The position numbers and the translations under genes are program-made. DNA of 64,000 nt from Terriglobia bacterium (GTDB lineage Bacteria > Acidobacteriota > Polarisedimenticolia > Polarisedimenticolales > JAIQFR01), in contig CAVVHE010000005.1 of the NCBI GenBank assembly GCA_963748015.1, forward strand, positions 256,001 to 320,000. Direction: 5' to 3'. Shown in pieces: positions 48,983-58,072 of this stretch (within the stretch, counting starts at the first letter, position 1; every line of letters starts with the position of its first letter). A model generated the notes under the pieces. It had not been told where the DNA came from, made no database searches, and saw only the letters and a program-made list of their open reading frames with translations.

Positions 48983-49063
48983 CGTCTCGTCCCCCGGCCG
49001 GATGCGTTCGGAGACAACCCTTTTTCGGGTTGGCGAGAACGCATCCGGCCGGGGGACGAGACG
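48983..49063 (+). repeat. REP-like long hairpin, copy D
   Basis: 27-bp perfect arms around the core AGACAACCC-TTTTTC-GGGTTG. Confidence 0.85.
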
Positions 49064-49090
49064 AGGGCCCGACAGACAACGGGGAGTGAC

Positions 49091-49158
49091 GCGTTCGGAG
49101 ACAACCCTTTTTCGGGTTGGCGAGAACGCATCCGGCCGGGGGACGAGACGAGGGCCCG
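49091..49158 (+). repeat. Copy E, an exact 68-bp direct repeat of 49004-49071 (core plus right arm)
   Basis: GCGTTCGGAGACAACCCTTTTTCGGGTTGG...GAGACGAGGGCCCG occurs twice, 19 nt apart. Confidence 0.9.
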
Positions 49159-49181
49159 CTCCGCCGAAGCCGAGATCGCGA

Positions 49182-50258
49182 TCAGGTCGTGTCGGGGTTG
49201 AGGCGGGCGAACTCTTCGAGGAGCTCGCGGGATCTCGCGTCGAGCTTGGCGGGCGGCACGATCTGGATGACGGCGTAGAGGTCCCCCGCGGGACGCGATC
49301 CCGAGGCGGGCACCCCCTTTCCCTTGAGCCGCAGCTTCTGCCCGCTGCGCGTGCCCGCCGGAAGCGTGATCGCGGTCCTGCCCTCGAGCGACGGGATCGC
49401 GATCTTCCCGCCGAGCGCGGCCCGGGCGAGCCCCACCTCGACGTCGCACACGAGGTCGTTCCCCTCGCGACGGAACACGTCGTGGGGCACGACGTCGATC
49501 CTGAGGAACACGTCCCCCGCCGGCCCTCCGGCGACCCCGGCGTCTCCCTTGCCGGGCAGCCTCACCCGTCCGCCGTCCTCGATTCCCGGAGGGACGCGGA
49601 CCTTCAGGCGCTCCTCCGCGGGAACGCGTCCCGCGCCGCCGCAGGAGGCACAGGCGCCCTCGTCGATCCGCCCCGCACCGCCGCACCGCCCGCAGGTGAG
49701 CGACACCTGGAGGCCGCGGCGCCGCTGCGTGCGCCGGCCGGACCCGTGGCAGTCGGGGCATTCGCGCTCCCCTCCCGTAGCACCGCGACCGCTGCCGCCG
49801 CACGCGGAGCAGGCGGTCTGCCGCGGCAGGACGACCTCGACGGTGGTCCCCCGTACCGCATCGAGGAAGGGAACGCGGATCTCGGTTTCGAGGTCCCGGC
49901 CGCGGGCCTGCCGGGACGCCCGCGCGCGGCGGCCTCCCCCGCCGCCGAAGAGATCGAACAGGTCGCCGATGTCGCCGAGGCCGAAATCCCGGATGTCGAA
50001 CCCCGCCCCCTCGAAGGGATCGAACCCGGGACCGAAGGCCTCGTGCCCCCCGCGGTCGTAGGCGGCCCGCTTCTCGGGGTCCGAGAGGACCGCGAACGCC
50101 CCGGCCACCTCCTTGAATCTCTCCTCGGCCTTCTTGTCTCCGGGATTCACGTCCGGGTGGTGCTTCCGGGCAAGCTTGCGGTAGGCCGCCTTGATGTCTT
50201 TCTCGGTGGCGGTCCTGGGAACCCCCAGGATCTCGTAGTAGTCCTTCTTCGTCGCCAT
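49182..50258 (-). CDS. dnaJ: DnaJ-class chaperone with zinc finger
   Basis: KDYYEILG...HPD J-domain, G/F-rich region, four CxxCxGxG repeats and C-terminal domains. Confidence 0.9.
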   Translation of the reverse strand: MATKKDYYEILGVPRTATEKDIKAAYRKLARKHHPDVNPGDKKAEERFKEVAGAFAVLSDPEKRAAYDRGGHEAFGPGFDPFEGAGFDIRDFGLGDIGDLFDLFGGGGGRRARASRQARGRDLETEIRVPFLDAVRGTTVEVVLPRQTACSACGGSGRGATGGERECPDCHGSGRRTQRRRGLQVSLTCGRCGGAGRIDEGACASCGGAGRVPAEERLKVRVPPGIEDGGRVRLPGKGDAGVAGGPAGDVFLRIDVVPHDVFRREGNDLVCDVEVGLARAALGGKIAIPSLEGRTAITLPAGTRSGQKLRLKGKGVPASGSRPAGDLYAVIQIVPPAKLDARSRELLEEFARLNPDTT

Positions 50259-50299
50259 CGGCCTGCTTCGCTCCGGGGAGGTCAAGAGCCGGTTTCCGG

Positions 50300-50329
50300 A
50301 CGATAGGATTTGAGCATGTCGCTGTCAAG
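50300..50329 (-). promoter_or_regulatory. dnaJ promoter overlapped by a HAIR-like (HspR) operator
   Basis: TTGACA-N17-TATCGT. CTTGACA-N7-GCTCAAA resembles the HAIR consensus CTTGAGT-N7-ACTCAAG. Confidence 0.6.
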
Positions 50330-50427
50330 ATCCCGAGGGCCCGCGCTCCGCCCCGCCGCCTTGCCGCGCCCGGCGGAGTTGACTATCCTTCGCGGTCGCC
50401 CCGGAGCGTCAGGAGCCCCTCTACGCC

Positions 50428-50658
50428 ATGACCGCCGAGCAGCTGATCGCCTTTCTGAACGCGCTGACCTTCGGCGACCTCGCCGCGCTCGGGGCGAAGC
50501 TCGAAGAGGCGAAATCGTCCTGCGCCGCCCTCGGGCACGCCGAGATCGCGGGGACGCTCGAGGAGGCGCGCGCCGCGCTGTTCTCCGGCGACGTCAAGAC
50601 CTACCGGCGGAAGATCGAGACCGCCCTCTCGCGCCTCGGCCACGTGAAGAACGGCTGA
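50428..50658 (+). CDS. Small helical hypothetical protein
   Basis: AGGAG RBS and coding-like codon usage. Confidence 0.65.
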   Translation: MTAEQLIAFLNALTFGDLAALGAKLEEAKSSCAALGHAEIAGTLEEARAALFSGDVKTYRRKIETALSRLGHVKNG

Positions 50659-50659
50659 G

Positions 50660-52096
50660 TTACAGGTAGCCGAACTTCTTCATCTTGTAGCGGAGCGCGT
50701 CCCGGCTGATGTTGAGCAGGCGGGCGGCGTGCGTCTGGTTTCCCCTCGTCCGCTCGAGCGCCTGCTTGACGAGGTCCCTCTCCACGTCCTCGAGCGTCAC
50801 CCCCGTGTCGGGGAGCCGGAAGGAGCCGTTCTCGTCCTCGCCTTCAGCGGTCTCGTCGCCGGCCGGGTCCGGCCCGGCCGCGGCGCTCGTGGCCTCTCTC
50901 GCCACTGGGGACGTGCGGTGGACGATCTCCCTCGGGAGATCCTCGATCTCCACCTGCGGCTTGTTCTCGAGGATCATCGCCCGCTCGATCACGTTGCGGA
51001 GCTCGCGGATGTTCCCCGGCCAGTCGTAGCGCATGAGGCACTCGAGCGCCTCGGGACTGATTCCGTGGGTGTTCTTCTTGAATTCCCGGTTGAACTGGTC
51101 CAGGAGATACGCGACGAGGTGCGGGATGTCCTCCTTCCGCTCCTTGAGCGAGGGGAGATAGATCGGGATCACCTTCAGGCGGTAGTAGAGGTCCTCGCGG
51201 AATGCTCCCTGCCGGACGGCCTTGTCGAGGTCCCGGTTGGTCGCCGCGATGATCCTGACGTCGACCCGGATGTCGCGGCTGCCGCCGACGCGCTTCATCG
51301 TCTTTTCCTCGAGGAAGCGGAGCACCTTGGCCTGCAGCGCGATGCCCATGTCGCCGATCTCGTCCAGGAACACCGTCCCGCCGCTCGCGAGCTCGAACAG
51401 CCCCTTCTTCTGGAGCTTCGCGTCGGTGAACGCGCCACGCTCGTGGCCGAACAGCTCGGACTCGAGAAGCGTTTCGGGAAGCGCCGAGCAGGTGATATTC
51501 ATGAACGGCTTGTCGGACCGGTCCGAAGCGAAGTGGATCGCCTTCGCGACGAGGTCCTTGCCGGTCCCCGACTCCCCTTGGATCAGGACCGTGGTGGCCG
51601 CCGATTCGGCCACCTTCCGGATCATGGTGAAGACGTCCTGCATCGCGGCGGAGCTGCCGATGATGTTGGAGACGCCGTAGGCGTGCTTCTGCTCGGACCT
51701 CAGGCGCTTCACCTCGCGACGGAGGCGGGTGGTCTCGAGAGCCTTCTGGATCGAGGCGAGCAGATCCTCGTGGTCGAACGGCTTGTTGACGTAGTCGTAC
51801 GCGCCGAGCTTGATCGCCTCCACCGCGTTGTGGATGGACGAGTACGCCGTCATGAGAATCACGGTCGTGTCCGGGTAGAGGTCCACCGTCCGGCGGAGGA
51901 CCTCCATCCCGTCGATGTCGGGAAGCTTGTAGTCCAGCAGGACGAGATCCACTTCCTCGTCGCGAAGGTGGTCGAGCGCGGCCTGGCCGGTCTCCACCGC
52001 GCTGGCCTGGTACCCCTCCTTCTGGAGGCGCTCCCGAAGCGACCAGCGGATGAGCTTCTCGTCCTCGACGACCAGGATCTTCTCCCTGTCGCTCAA
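50660..52096 (-). CDS. sigma54-dependent NtrC/AtoC-family response regulator
   Basis: REC domain (VVEDE, LLDYKLP), GESGTGKD, ELFGHERGAFTDA, WPGNIRELRN, Fis-type HTH. TTG start. Confidence 0.95.
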   Translation of the reverse strand: MSDREKILVVEDEKLIRWSLRERLQKEGYQASAVETGQAALDHLRDEEVDLVLLDYKLPDIDGMEVLRRTVDLYPDTTVILMTAYSSIHNAVEAIKLGAYDYVNKPFDHEDLLASIQKALETTRLRREVKRLRSEQKHAYGVSNIIGSSAAMQDVFTMIRKVAESAATTVLIQGESGTGKDLVAKAIHFASDRSDKPFMNITCSALPETLLESELFGHERGAFTDAKLQKKGLFELASGGTVFLDEIGDMGIALQAKVLRFLEEKTMKRVGGSRDIRVDVRIIAATNRDLDKAVRQGAFREDLYYRLKVIPIYLPSLKERKEDIPHLVAYLLDQFNREFKKNTHGISPEALECLMRYDWPGNIRELRNVIERAMILENKPQVEIEDLPREIVHRTSPVAREATSAAAGPDPAGDETAEGEDENGSFRLPDTGVTLEDVERDLVKQALERTRGNQTHAARLLNISRDALRYKMKKFGYL

Positions 52097-52103
52097 GCGT
52101 GCC

Positions 52104-53471
52104 TCATGAGTTCCTGGGGAACGCGAGGACCACCTCGGCCCCCCCTTGGGGCGCGTTGCCGGCCCGGATCGAGCCGCCGTGCGCGTTGACGATGTTCCGG
52201 ACGATGGCGAGCCCGAGGCCCGTCCCCTTCGAGCGCGTCGTGAAGAAGGGCTTGAAGATCTTGTCGGCGATCTCGGGAGGAATCCCCGGCCCGTCGTCCC
52301 GGACACTCACGCGGACCTCCCCGGCATCGGCCTCGGTGGCCACGACCACGGTCCCCTTGAAGTCCGTCGCCTGGAAGGCATTGAGCAGGACGTTGAAGAA
52401 GACCTGCTCCATCTGCTGCGGATCCAGGAGGATCTCCGGCATCGGGTCGGCGTACCGCCGCTCGACCGCGACCCCGCGGGCCTGCGCGTCGCCGATCAGC
52501 ACCGCCAGGACGTGGTCGATCACGTCGTTGATGCTCGTCGGCTCCGGCTTCGTCTCCCGCGGCTTCGAGAACAGGAGCAGGTCACGGAGCGTCCGGTCGA
52601 GCCGGTCGATCTGGCGGTGGACCTCGGTGGAAAGCTCCCGGCGAGGGTCGTCGATCGCGAAGATCTCGCTGATGATCTCGCAGGCCCCGCGGATCCCCGC
52701 CAGCGGGTTCTTGATCTCGTGGGCCACGGAAGCCGCCAGCTCGCCGACCGCGGCGAGCCGCTCGGCCTCCACCAGCTTCGCCTCCATCGCCTTGATCTTG
52801 GAGACGTCGCGAACGATGCCGGTGCTTCCGAGGTATTCCCCTCCGGCGTCGAAGATCGGCCAACGTGTGATCCGCACATCGAGACGGTGGCCGTCCTTGT
52901 GGAGCCGGGTGACCTCGTGATCCCGCACCGCCTGCCCCGACCGGACGATCTGCTCGACGCCGTTGAAATCGGCAAGGGCCTCGGGCTCGGGCGGGAGCAG
53001 GAGTTGCGTGCTCCGCCCGACGATCTCGTCCGCGGTCCAGCCGTAGATCTCCTCCGCGGCCCGGTTCCAGGAGGTCACGCGCTGCTCCGGGTCGATCGTC
53101 ACGATGGCCTCCGCCGAGCTCGAGATGAGCCGGGAAAGGAAGTCCCGCGTGGTCTCGAGCGCCTCGTTGTGGGCGTGGAGCTTCGCCTCGTACTCGCGCC
53201 GGTGTCGAAACGCGAGATACGCGATCAACGACGCCATGATCAGGCTGATCGCGGAGCCCCGGAAAACGGCGTACGCGACGTGACCGAACTCGGAGAAATT
53301 CTCTTCCGCCGCCGGGTCGACCCACCGCGCGACGACGACCAGGACCGCCATGAGGACGGGGGGAAGCACCATGAAGTGCCAGAGCCGTACCCCGTTCCGG
53401 AACAGGAGCCCTTTTCCCCGCTCCTCCCGGGCCTCGCTCCAGGCCTCGACTCTCTTGGCCGTCGGGTTCAA
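52104..53471 (-). CDS. Membrane PAS-domain sensor histidine kinase
   Basis: Two TM helices, PAS domain (WNRAAEEIYGW), AHEIKNPL, DDGPGI, GTGLGL. Confidence 0.93.
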   Translation of the reverse strand: MNPTAKRVEAWSEAREERGKGLLFRNGVRLWHFMVLPPVLMAVLVVVARWVDPAAEENFSEFGHVAYAVFRGSAISLIMASLIAYLAFRHRREYEAKLHAHNEALETTRDFLSRLISSSAEAIVTIDPEQRVTSWNRAAEEIYGWTADEIVGRSTQLLLPPEPEALADFNGVEQIVRSGQAVRDHEVTRLHKDGHRLDVRITRWPIFDAGGEYLGSTGIVRDVSKIKAMEAKLVEAERLAAVGELAASVAHEIKNPLAGIRGACEIISEIFAIDDPRRELSTEVHRQIDRLDRTLRDLLLFSKPRETKPEPTSINDVIDHVLAVLIGDAQARGVAVERRYADPMPEILLDPQQMEQVFFNVLLNAFQATDFKGTVVVATEADAGEVRVSVRDDGPGIPPEIADKIFKPFFTTRSKGTGLGLAIVRNIVNAHGGSIRAGNAPQGGAEVVLAFPRNS

Positions 53472-53571
53472 CTCGTCGCTCCCGGCGCGCCGGCCCTCGC
53501 CGGTCGTCGCCCTGCCCCGGGTCGCGGGGCGGACAGGCTGCAGCGCGCGTCAAGAAAACTAAAGGGATCGC

Positions 53572-53612
53572 ATTATAGTCGAATCGGCCCGGGTGCGCCA
53601 TTTGGCGCACCC
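53572..53612 (-). promoter_or_regulatory. Kinase/regulator operon promoter with a perfect palindromic operator over the -35 region
   Basis: TATAAT on the minus strand (53572-53577). GGGTGCGCCA-TT-TGGCGCACCC at 53591-53612. Confidence 0.6.
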
Positions 53613-53671
53613 CCTTCGAGCTTTGAAAAGCCGGGCCGGCGGTCTATGCTCGGGGTCTGCGGGAGGTCGTT

Positions 53672-54514
53672 GTGGGCCGAACACCTCGAACGTGGCGTGT
53701 CGCAGCCGTCCAGATGACGTCCACCGACGATCCGGAGCGGAATCTCGGCGTCGCGGAGTATCTCGCCCGACGCGCCGTGGATGCCGGCTCGAGCCTGGTG
53801 GCTTTTCCCGAGTACTTCTCGGTCATCCCGGCGGAAGGGTCGCCGTCGCGCCACGCCGAGCTCCTCGAGGGGCCGCTGACGCGCTGGCTGCGAAACCTCG
53901 CGACCGAGCTGGACACCTACTTGCTCGCGGGGTCCTTCCTCGAGAAGAACCCGCGTGGCCGCCGCGTGCACTGCACGTCGGTGCTCGTCGGGCCGACCGG
54001 GGAGATCCTGGCGACCTACCGGAAGCTCCATCTCTTCGACGCCCGGCCGAACGGACGGGAAGCGATCTTCGAGTCGCGCACCACGGCCGCCGGCGAGCAC
54101 CCGGTGACGGTGGACACGCCCCTCGGACGGCTCGGCCTGTCGGTCTGCTACGACCTCCGCTTTCCGGAGCTGTACCGGCACTTGGCGCTCGACGGAGCGC
54201 AGGTGCTCTTCGTTCCTTCGGCCTTCACCGAGTACACCGGGCGCCACCACTGGATGCCGCTGCTGCGGGCGCGCGCGATCGAGAACCAGTGCTGGGTGGT
54301 GGCACCCGCCCAGGCCGGGCGCCATAATCCACGGCGCGTCTCCCACGGTCACACCGCCGTGATCGATCCGTGGGGCGACGTGGTGGCGTTGCTCGAGAGC
54401 GGGGAGGGCGTGATCTCGGCGGAGATCGACTTCGAGAAACTCGACGGGATCCGCGCGAGCCTCCCCTGCCTCGAGCACGCCCGCCCGGACCTGCTCGGGC
54501 GGGCGCCTAGCTGA
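53672..54514 (+). CDS. Carbon-nitrogen hydrolase (Nit1/deaminated glutathione amidase-like)
   Basis: AFPEY, YRKLHLFD, SVCYDLRFPELY, RARAIENQC, IDPWG. Confidence 0.92.
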   Translation: MGRTPRTWRVAAVQMTSTDDPERNLGVAEYLARRAVDAGSSLVAFPEYFSVIPAEGSPSRHAELLEGPLTRWLRNLATELDTYLLAGSFLEKNPRGRRVHCTSVLVGPTGEILATYRKLHLFDARPNGREAIFESRTTAAGEHPVTVDTPLGRLGLSVCYDLRFPELYRHLALDGAQVLFVPSAFTEYTGRHHWMPLLRARAIENQCWVVAPAQAGRHNPRRVSHGHTAVIDPWGDVVALLESGEGVISAEIDFEKLDGIRASLPCLEHARPDLLGRAPS

Positions 54515-54530
54515 GCGCGGGCGAGGGCCG

Positions 54531-54995
54531 ATGTTCTGTCCCGATTGCGGCAGTGAATACCGCCCCGGCATCGAGCGGTGCGCCACGTGCCAGGTGCCGC
54601 TCGTGGAGCGCCCCCACGCCGCCGCCCACGCCCGCGCGGCCTCGCAGGGCTCGCGCGGGTCGGACTGGGACTCCGAGCCGCTCCTGACCTACTGCGGCTT
54701 CCTCGCGCTCGACGAGGCCCGCCACGCGCGCGACAGCCTGCGACGAGAGGGACTCCGGGCCGAGATCGCGATCCGCGAGGCTCCAGGGTCCGATCTCCGC
54801 GATCCGGTCGAGGAAGAATACTGGCTCCGGGTACCGGCGAAGGCGTTCGAGGCGGCCTCGCGGATCCTCGGCTACGACGAGGCGGAGGACGCGCACGGTG
54901 CCTCGGACGCGCCGTTCCTTTGCTCCGCCTGCGGGGAGACGGTTTCCGCGGACGCCTCCTCGTGCCCCCGGTGCGGCGAACGGTTCGAGGACTGA
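54531..54995 (+). CDS. Zinc-ribbon protein with ribbons at both termini
   Basis: CPDC..CATC at the N-terminus and CSAC..CPRC at the C-terminus. Confidence 0.8.
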   Translation: MFCPDCGSEYRPGIERCATCQVPLVERPHAAAHARAASQGSRGSDWDSEPLLTYCGFLALDEARHARDSLRREGLRAEIAIREAPGSDLRDPVEEEYWLRVPAKAFEAASRILGYDEAEDAHGASDAPFLCSACGETVSADASSCPRCGERFED

Positions 54996-55720
54996 TGGGA
55001 GCACGGGTCACGCCCGAAAGGCCCGGCCGCTTCGAGACGGTGCTCCTCGATGCCGGGGGAGTGCTTCTCGACCTCGACTATGCCTACCTGAGGCGCCTGC
55101 TCGAGGCGCGTCGCCACGAGACCACGGAGGACGCCCTTGCGCGCGCGGAGGCGATCGCGCGAACCGAAGTGGACCGGCACGTTCGGGACGGCGGGCGGTC
55201 GGGGGAGGCTTGGAGGGACTACTTCCGCATCCTGCTCGGGCGCGTCGGGGCGCCGCCCGCGATTCACGAGGAGCTGATCGACGCGCTCTGGGAGGCGCAC
55301 CAGCGAGTCGGTCTCTGGACCGTTCCGGTGCACGGGGCGCTCGCCGTCGTCGCGCGGCTCCGCGAGCTGGGTTTCCGCCTCGGCGTCGTCAGCAACGCCG
55401 AGGGGCGGGTCGAGAGAGATCTCGAGTCCGCCGGGTTCGCGGGCCTCCTCGACACCGTGGTCGACTCGCATCTCGTGGGGGTCGAGAAGCCGGATCCCCG
55501 GATCTTCGGCATCGCCCTCGAGCGGCTCGGCGCGAGCGCTACGACCGCGGTGTTCCTGGGGGACGTCCCGTCGATCGACGTCGCGGGGGCGCGCGCCGCC
55601 GGCATCGCACCGCTGCTCCTCGACCGGCACGATCTCTACGCGGAAACCGACGCCCCGCGGCTTCGAAGCCTGGAGGATCTCCCCTCCTGGCTCGAGGGAA
55701 CGGCGCCGGCCGTCCCCTGA
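54995..55720 (+). CDS. HAD-superfamily hydrolase
   Basis: LLDAGGVL, VVSN, EKPDPRIF, GDVPSIDVAGA. Confidence 0.9.
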   Translation: MGARVTPERPGRFETVLLDAGGVLLDLDYAYLRRLLEARRHETTEDALARAEAIARTEVDRHVRDGGRSGEAWRDYFRILLGRVGAPPAIHEELIDALWEAHQRVGLWTVPVHGALAVVARLRELGFRLGVVSNAEGRVERDLESAGFAGLLDTVVDSHLVGVEKPDPRIFGIALERLGASATTAVFLGDVPSIDVAGARAAGIAPLLLDRHDLYAETDAPRLRSLEDLPSWLEGTAPAVP

Positions 55721-55766
55721 CGGTCCCGCGAACGAGAAGGGCAGGCGCGGCCGCGGCGCTCGCCGG

Positions 55767-56597
55767 TCAGAACGTGTAGGCGTACCCGATCTGCAGGCGC
55801 CCGTCCGGCGCACCGTCGGTCAGCCCGACGGAGACGGCGCCGCGAATCATCCCCTTGTTCAACGGACGCCAGTTCACGCCGACGAGGAGGCGGAAATCGG
55901 AGTCCGCGCCTTCCCAGCGCTCCGACTCCATGTTGGCCTCGCCGACGAGCCCCACCTGGTCGGACACCGGGAAGATCAGGCCCATGCCGACTATCGCCGA
56001 GGTTTTCCCGTCGAGCGAATACCCCAAGAAGTGTCCGTCGGAGTTGATGCGGAAGCCGAGATGCGCGGCGAGGGTCGCCTCGGTCATCCGATAGCGCATC
56101 GCGCCGAATCCCTCTATGTTGAATGCGTCGTAGCCGAGGCCCGCGGTGTCGTCTCCGGTCGGGACCGTCGCCAGGGCTCCCACCACGAATTGGGACTTGC
56201 CGCTGCCGCCCACGTGCCACTTGCCCCAGATGTCCATGTCGGTGGCGCCGTTTCCGTCGGGGAAGTCGCCGTCGGCGGAGGAGCTCCCGAAGCCGACCCG
56301 CCCACCGAACTCGAAGCCTTTCAGCGGCTGAAAGGCCGCGTTGATCATCAGCGCGCTGACGTCCAGGTGGCCATCGGAAGGCGGCTGGCCCGACGTGAAC
56401 TCGAAGCCCCCCTCCCACCACTGATTCCGCACGATCGCGGCGTCCTCCGCGAAGGACTGGAAGAACCGCCCGTCGTCGGAGGTCGCCGGGGCCGGGGCGG
56501 AGCCCGCCGCGCTCGCCGCGCCGGAAAACGCCAGGGCGAGAATGAGGGCCGACAAGCTGTAGAGCATCCTTCTAGCTGCGCGCGGCTCGAACGTCAT
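55767..56597 (-). CDS. Outer-membrane beta-barrel protein
   Basis: Signal peptide, alternating beta strands and C-terminal GYAYTF. Confidence 0.8.
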   Translation of the reverse strand: MTFEPRAARRMLYSLSALILALAFSGAASAAGSAPAPATSDDGRFFQSFAEDAAIVRNQWWEGGFEFTSGQPPSDGHLDVSALMINAAFQPLKGFEFGGRVGFGSSSADGDFPDGNGATDMDIWGKWHVGGSGKSQFVVGALATVPTGDDTAGLGYDAFNIEGFGAMRYRMTEATLAAHLGFRINSDGHFLGYSLDGKTSAIVGMGLIFPVSDQVGLVGEANMESERWEGADSDFRLLVGVNWRPLNKGMIRGAVSVGLTDGAPDGRLQIGYAYTF

Positions 56598-56694
56598 GAT
56601 CGCGAACCTCCTTATGGGGAACCCCGGCGGGCTCCCGACCAACGGTCTCGGGGAGCGCCGCCCCGAAGTCGTACGCCTACCCTTCGGGGCCGCC

Positions 56695-56723
56695 ATTGTG
56701 TCGACGGCATCACGACTTGTCAA
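56695..56723 (-). promoter_or_regulatory. sigma70-type promoter of the beta-barrel gene
   Basis: TTGACA-N17-CACAAT on the minus strand. Confidence 0.65.
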
Positions 56724-56847
56724 ATGCAAGACGCGCGCCGATGTGCGGAGGCCCGCAGTGGAGCGCGGAAGCGCGCAACGTGGCGGGATTCCGCGGTCCC
56801 ACGGTGGTATAAGTTACCGATTTTGTGTACAATTCGGATGGGAATCC

Positions 56848-56863
56848 TTGGCATGCCTCCTGC
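56848..56863 (+). promoter_or_regulatory. Putative sigma54 (-24/-12) promoter of the Rrf2 gene
   Basis: TTGGCATGCCTCCTGC is GG-N10-GC, close to the TGGCAC-N5-TTGC consensus. Confidence 0.55.
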
Positions 56864-56901
56864 GAGGTGCGCCACGGGAACGAACCGAAAGGAGGCCCGC
56901 C

Positions 56902-57417
56902 ATCGGACTGCGTCTAACGAATGCCGGCGACTATGCGATCCGGGGCATGATCCATATAGCCTCGATGGCCGAGGGTGCGGTCGCTCTCAGGAGTGACATC
57001 GCCGAGGCGCAGGGAATTCCCCCGAGCTTCATGGCCAAGATCCTCCGGAGCCTCGTGCGGGCGCGGCTGCTTCGCTCGTCCCGCGGCGTCCACGGAGGGT
57101 TCGCGATGGCGAAGCCCGCGTCGAAGGTCACGCTTCTCGACGTCGTCGAGGCGATCGAGGGGCCGCTCTCGCTGACCAACTGCACTCCGGATCCGGCGGG
57201 GTGCGCCCGGTCGGAGGATTGCCCCGCGACGTCGGTCTGGCTCGAGGTGCAAAAGAAGATGGCCGAGGTCCTGAGAGGCACCTCCATCGAGGATCTCGTT
57301 TCGAGCCAGAAGCGGTCCCGCTCGGCCTCCTCGCACGCGGGCGAAGGCGAGCGGCGGTCACACGGACGCGAGCACTCGGGCAAGGCGCTCGCCGACCTCG
57401 CGAGCCACCGAAGATAG
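56902..57417 (+). CDS. Rrf2-family regulator with three Cys (Fe-S type), probable non-canonical start
   Basis: LRLTNAGDYAIRGM, SSRGVHGGF, VVEAIEG, C-x6-C-x5-C. AAGGAGG sits 6 nt before an in-frame ATC. Confidence 0.88.
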   Translation: MGLRLTNAGDYAIRGMIHIASMAEGAVALRSDIAEAQGIPPSFMAKILRSLVRARLLRSSRGVHGGFAMAKPASKVTLLDVVEAIEGPLSLTNCTPDPAGCARSEDCPATSVWLEVQKKMAEVLRGTSIEDLVSSQKRSRSASSHAGEGERRSHGREHSGKALADLASHRR

Positions 57418-57744
57418 GTCCGCGTTCGGGAAGAGAGCCGCCATCGCGGTCGCGTTGACCGCCTCGATTCGGATCTTGCCGCCGGGAACCGCGCGGACCA
57501 CCACGTTGCACGGGAGCATCAGCCCCAGCTCGGGCTCGATCTCGAGCCCGCGGTGCGCGAGTGGAGGGTTGCACGCGCCCAGGATCACGAACGGGGTGAA
57601 GTCCACCCCGAGCTTCTCCTTCATCGTGGCCTTCACGTCCACCCGGGTGAGAATGCCGAACCCTTCTCTCTTGAGGGCTTCCTCGACCTTCGCGAGGGCG
57701 GCGTCGAAAGTCAGGTCCACGGTCTTGCCGGTTCCGATCTCCAT
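57358..57744 (-). CDS. DUF302-domain protein
   Basis: EGFGILTRVDVKATMKEKL...ILGACNPPLAH...GLMLPCNVVV. Confidence 0.9.
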   Translation of the reverse strand: MEIGTGKTVDLTFDAALAKVEEALKREGFGILTRVDVKATMKEKLGVDFTPFVILGACNPPLAHRGLEIEPELGLMLPCNVVVRAVPGGKIRIEAVNATAMAALFPNADLSSVAREVGERLARVLASV

Positions 57745-57780
57745 GATTGCCTCCCCGCGGCTCGAAGTCCTGAACTGCTG

Positions 57781-57972
57781 CTAATCCGCCTTCACCCCGG
57801 CCATCTTGAGAATGCTGATCATCGGGCACCAGCCGGTGAACGCCGACTGGAACAGGTTGAGCCCCACGAAAACGGTGAAGAGATAGAACCACGGGCTCGC
57901 GAAATGGCCGAGCGCCACCGAGAGCACGACGAACAGCCCCGCGATCATCCGAAGCCAGGCATTGATCCCCAT
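57781..57972 (-). CDS. DUF2892 (YgaP-like) membrane protein
   Basis: LRMIAG...FVGLNLFQSAFTGWCPM. Confidence 0.88.
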   Translation of the reverse strand: MGINAWLRMIAGLFVVLSVALGHFASPWFYLFTVFVGLNLFQSAFTGWCPMISILKMAGVKAD

Positions 57973-58072
57973 CGCATCCCTCCTCTTGCCGGCAGCCTCG
58001 TTCCGCCGGTCTTCACGAACCAGAAGATGCAAGCGGCGGCGCGGGGATACGCGCCCCGTGGCCACGACCGGC

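Noticed and set aside
49004..49158. Direct repeat pair considered as a CRISPR array
   Set aside because: Only two 68-bp copies with a 19-nt gap and no cas genes. It belongs to the hairpin family.
51415..51440. GAFTDA instead of GAFTGA in the enhancer-binding protein
   Set aside because: A common variant in this family, so not evidence of novelty.
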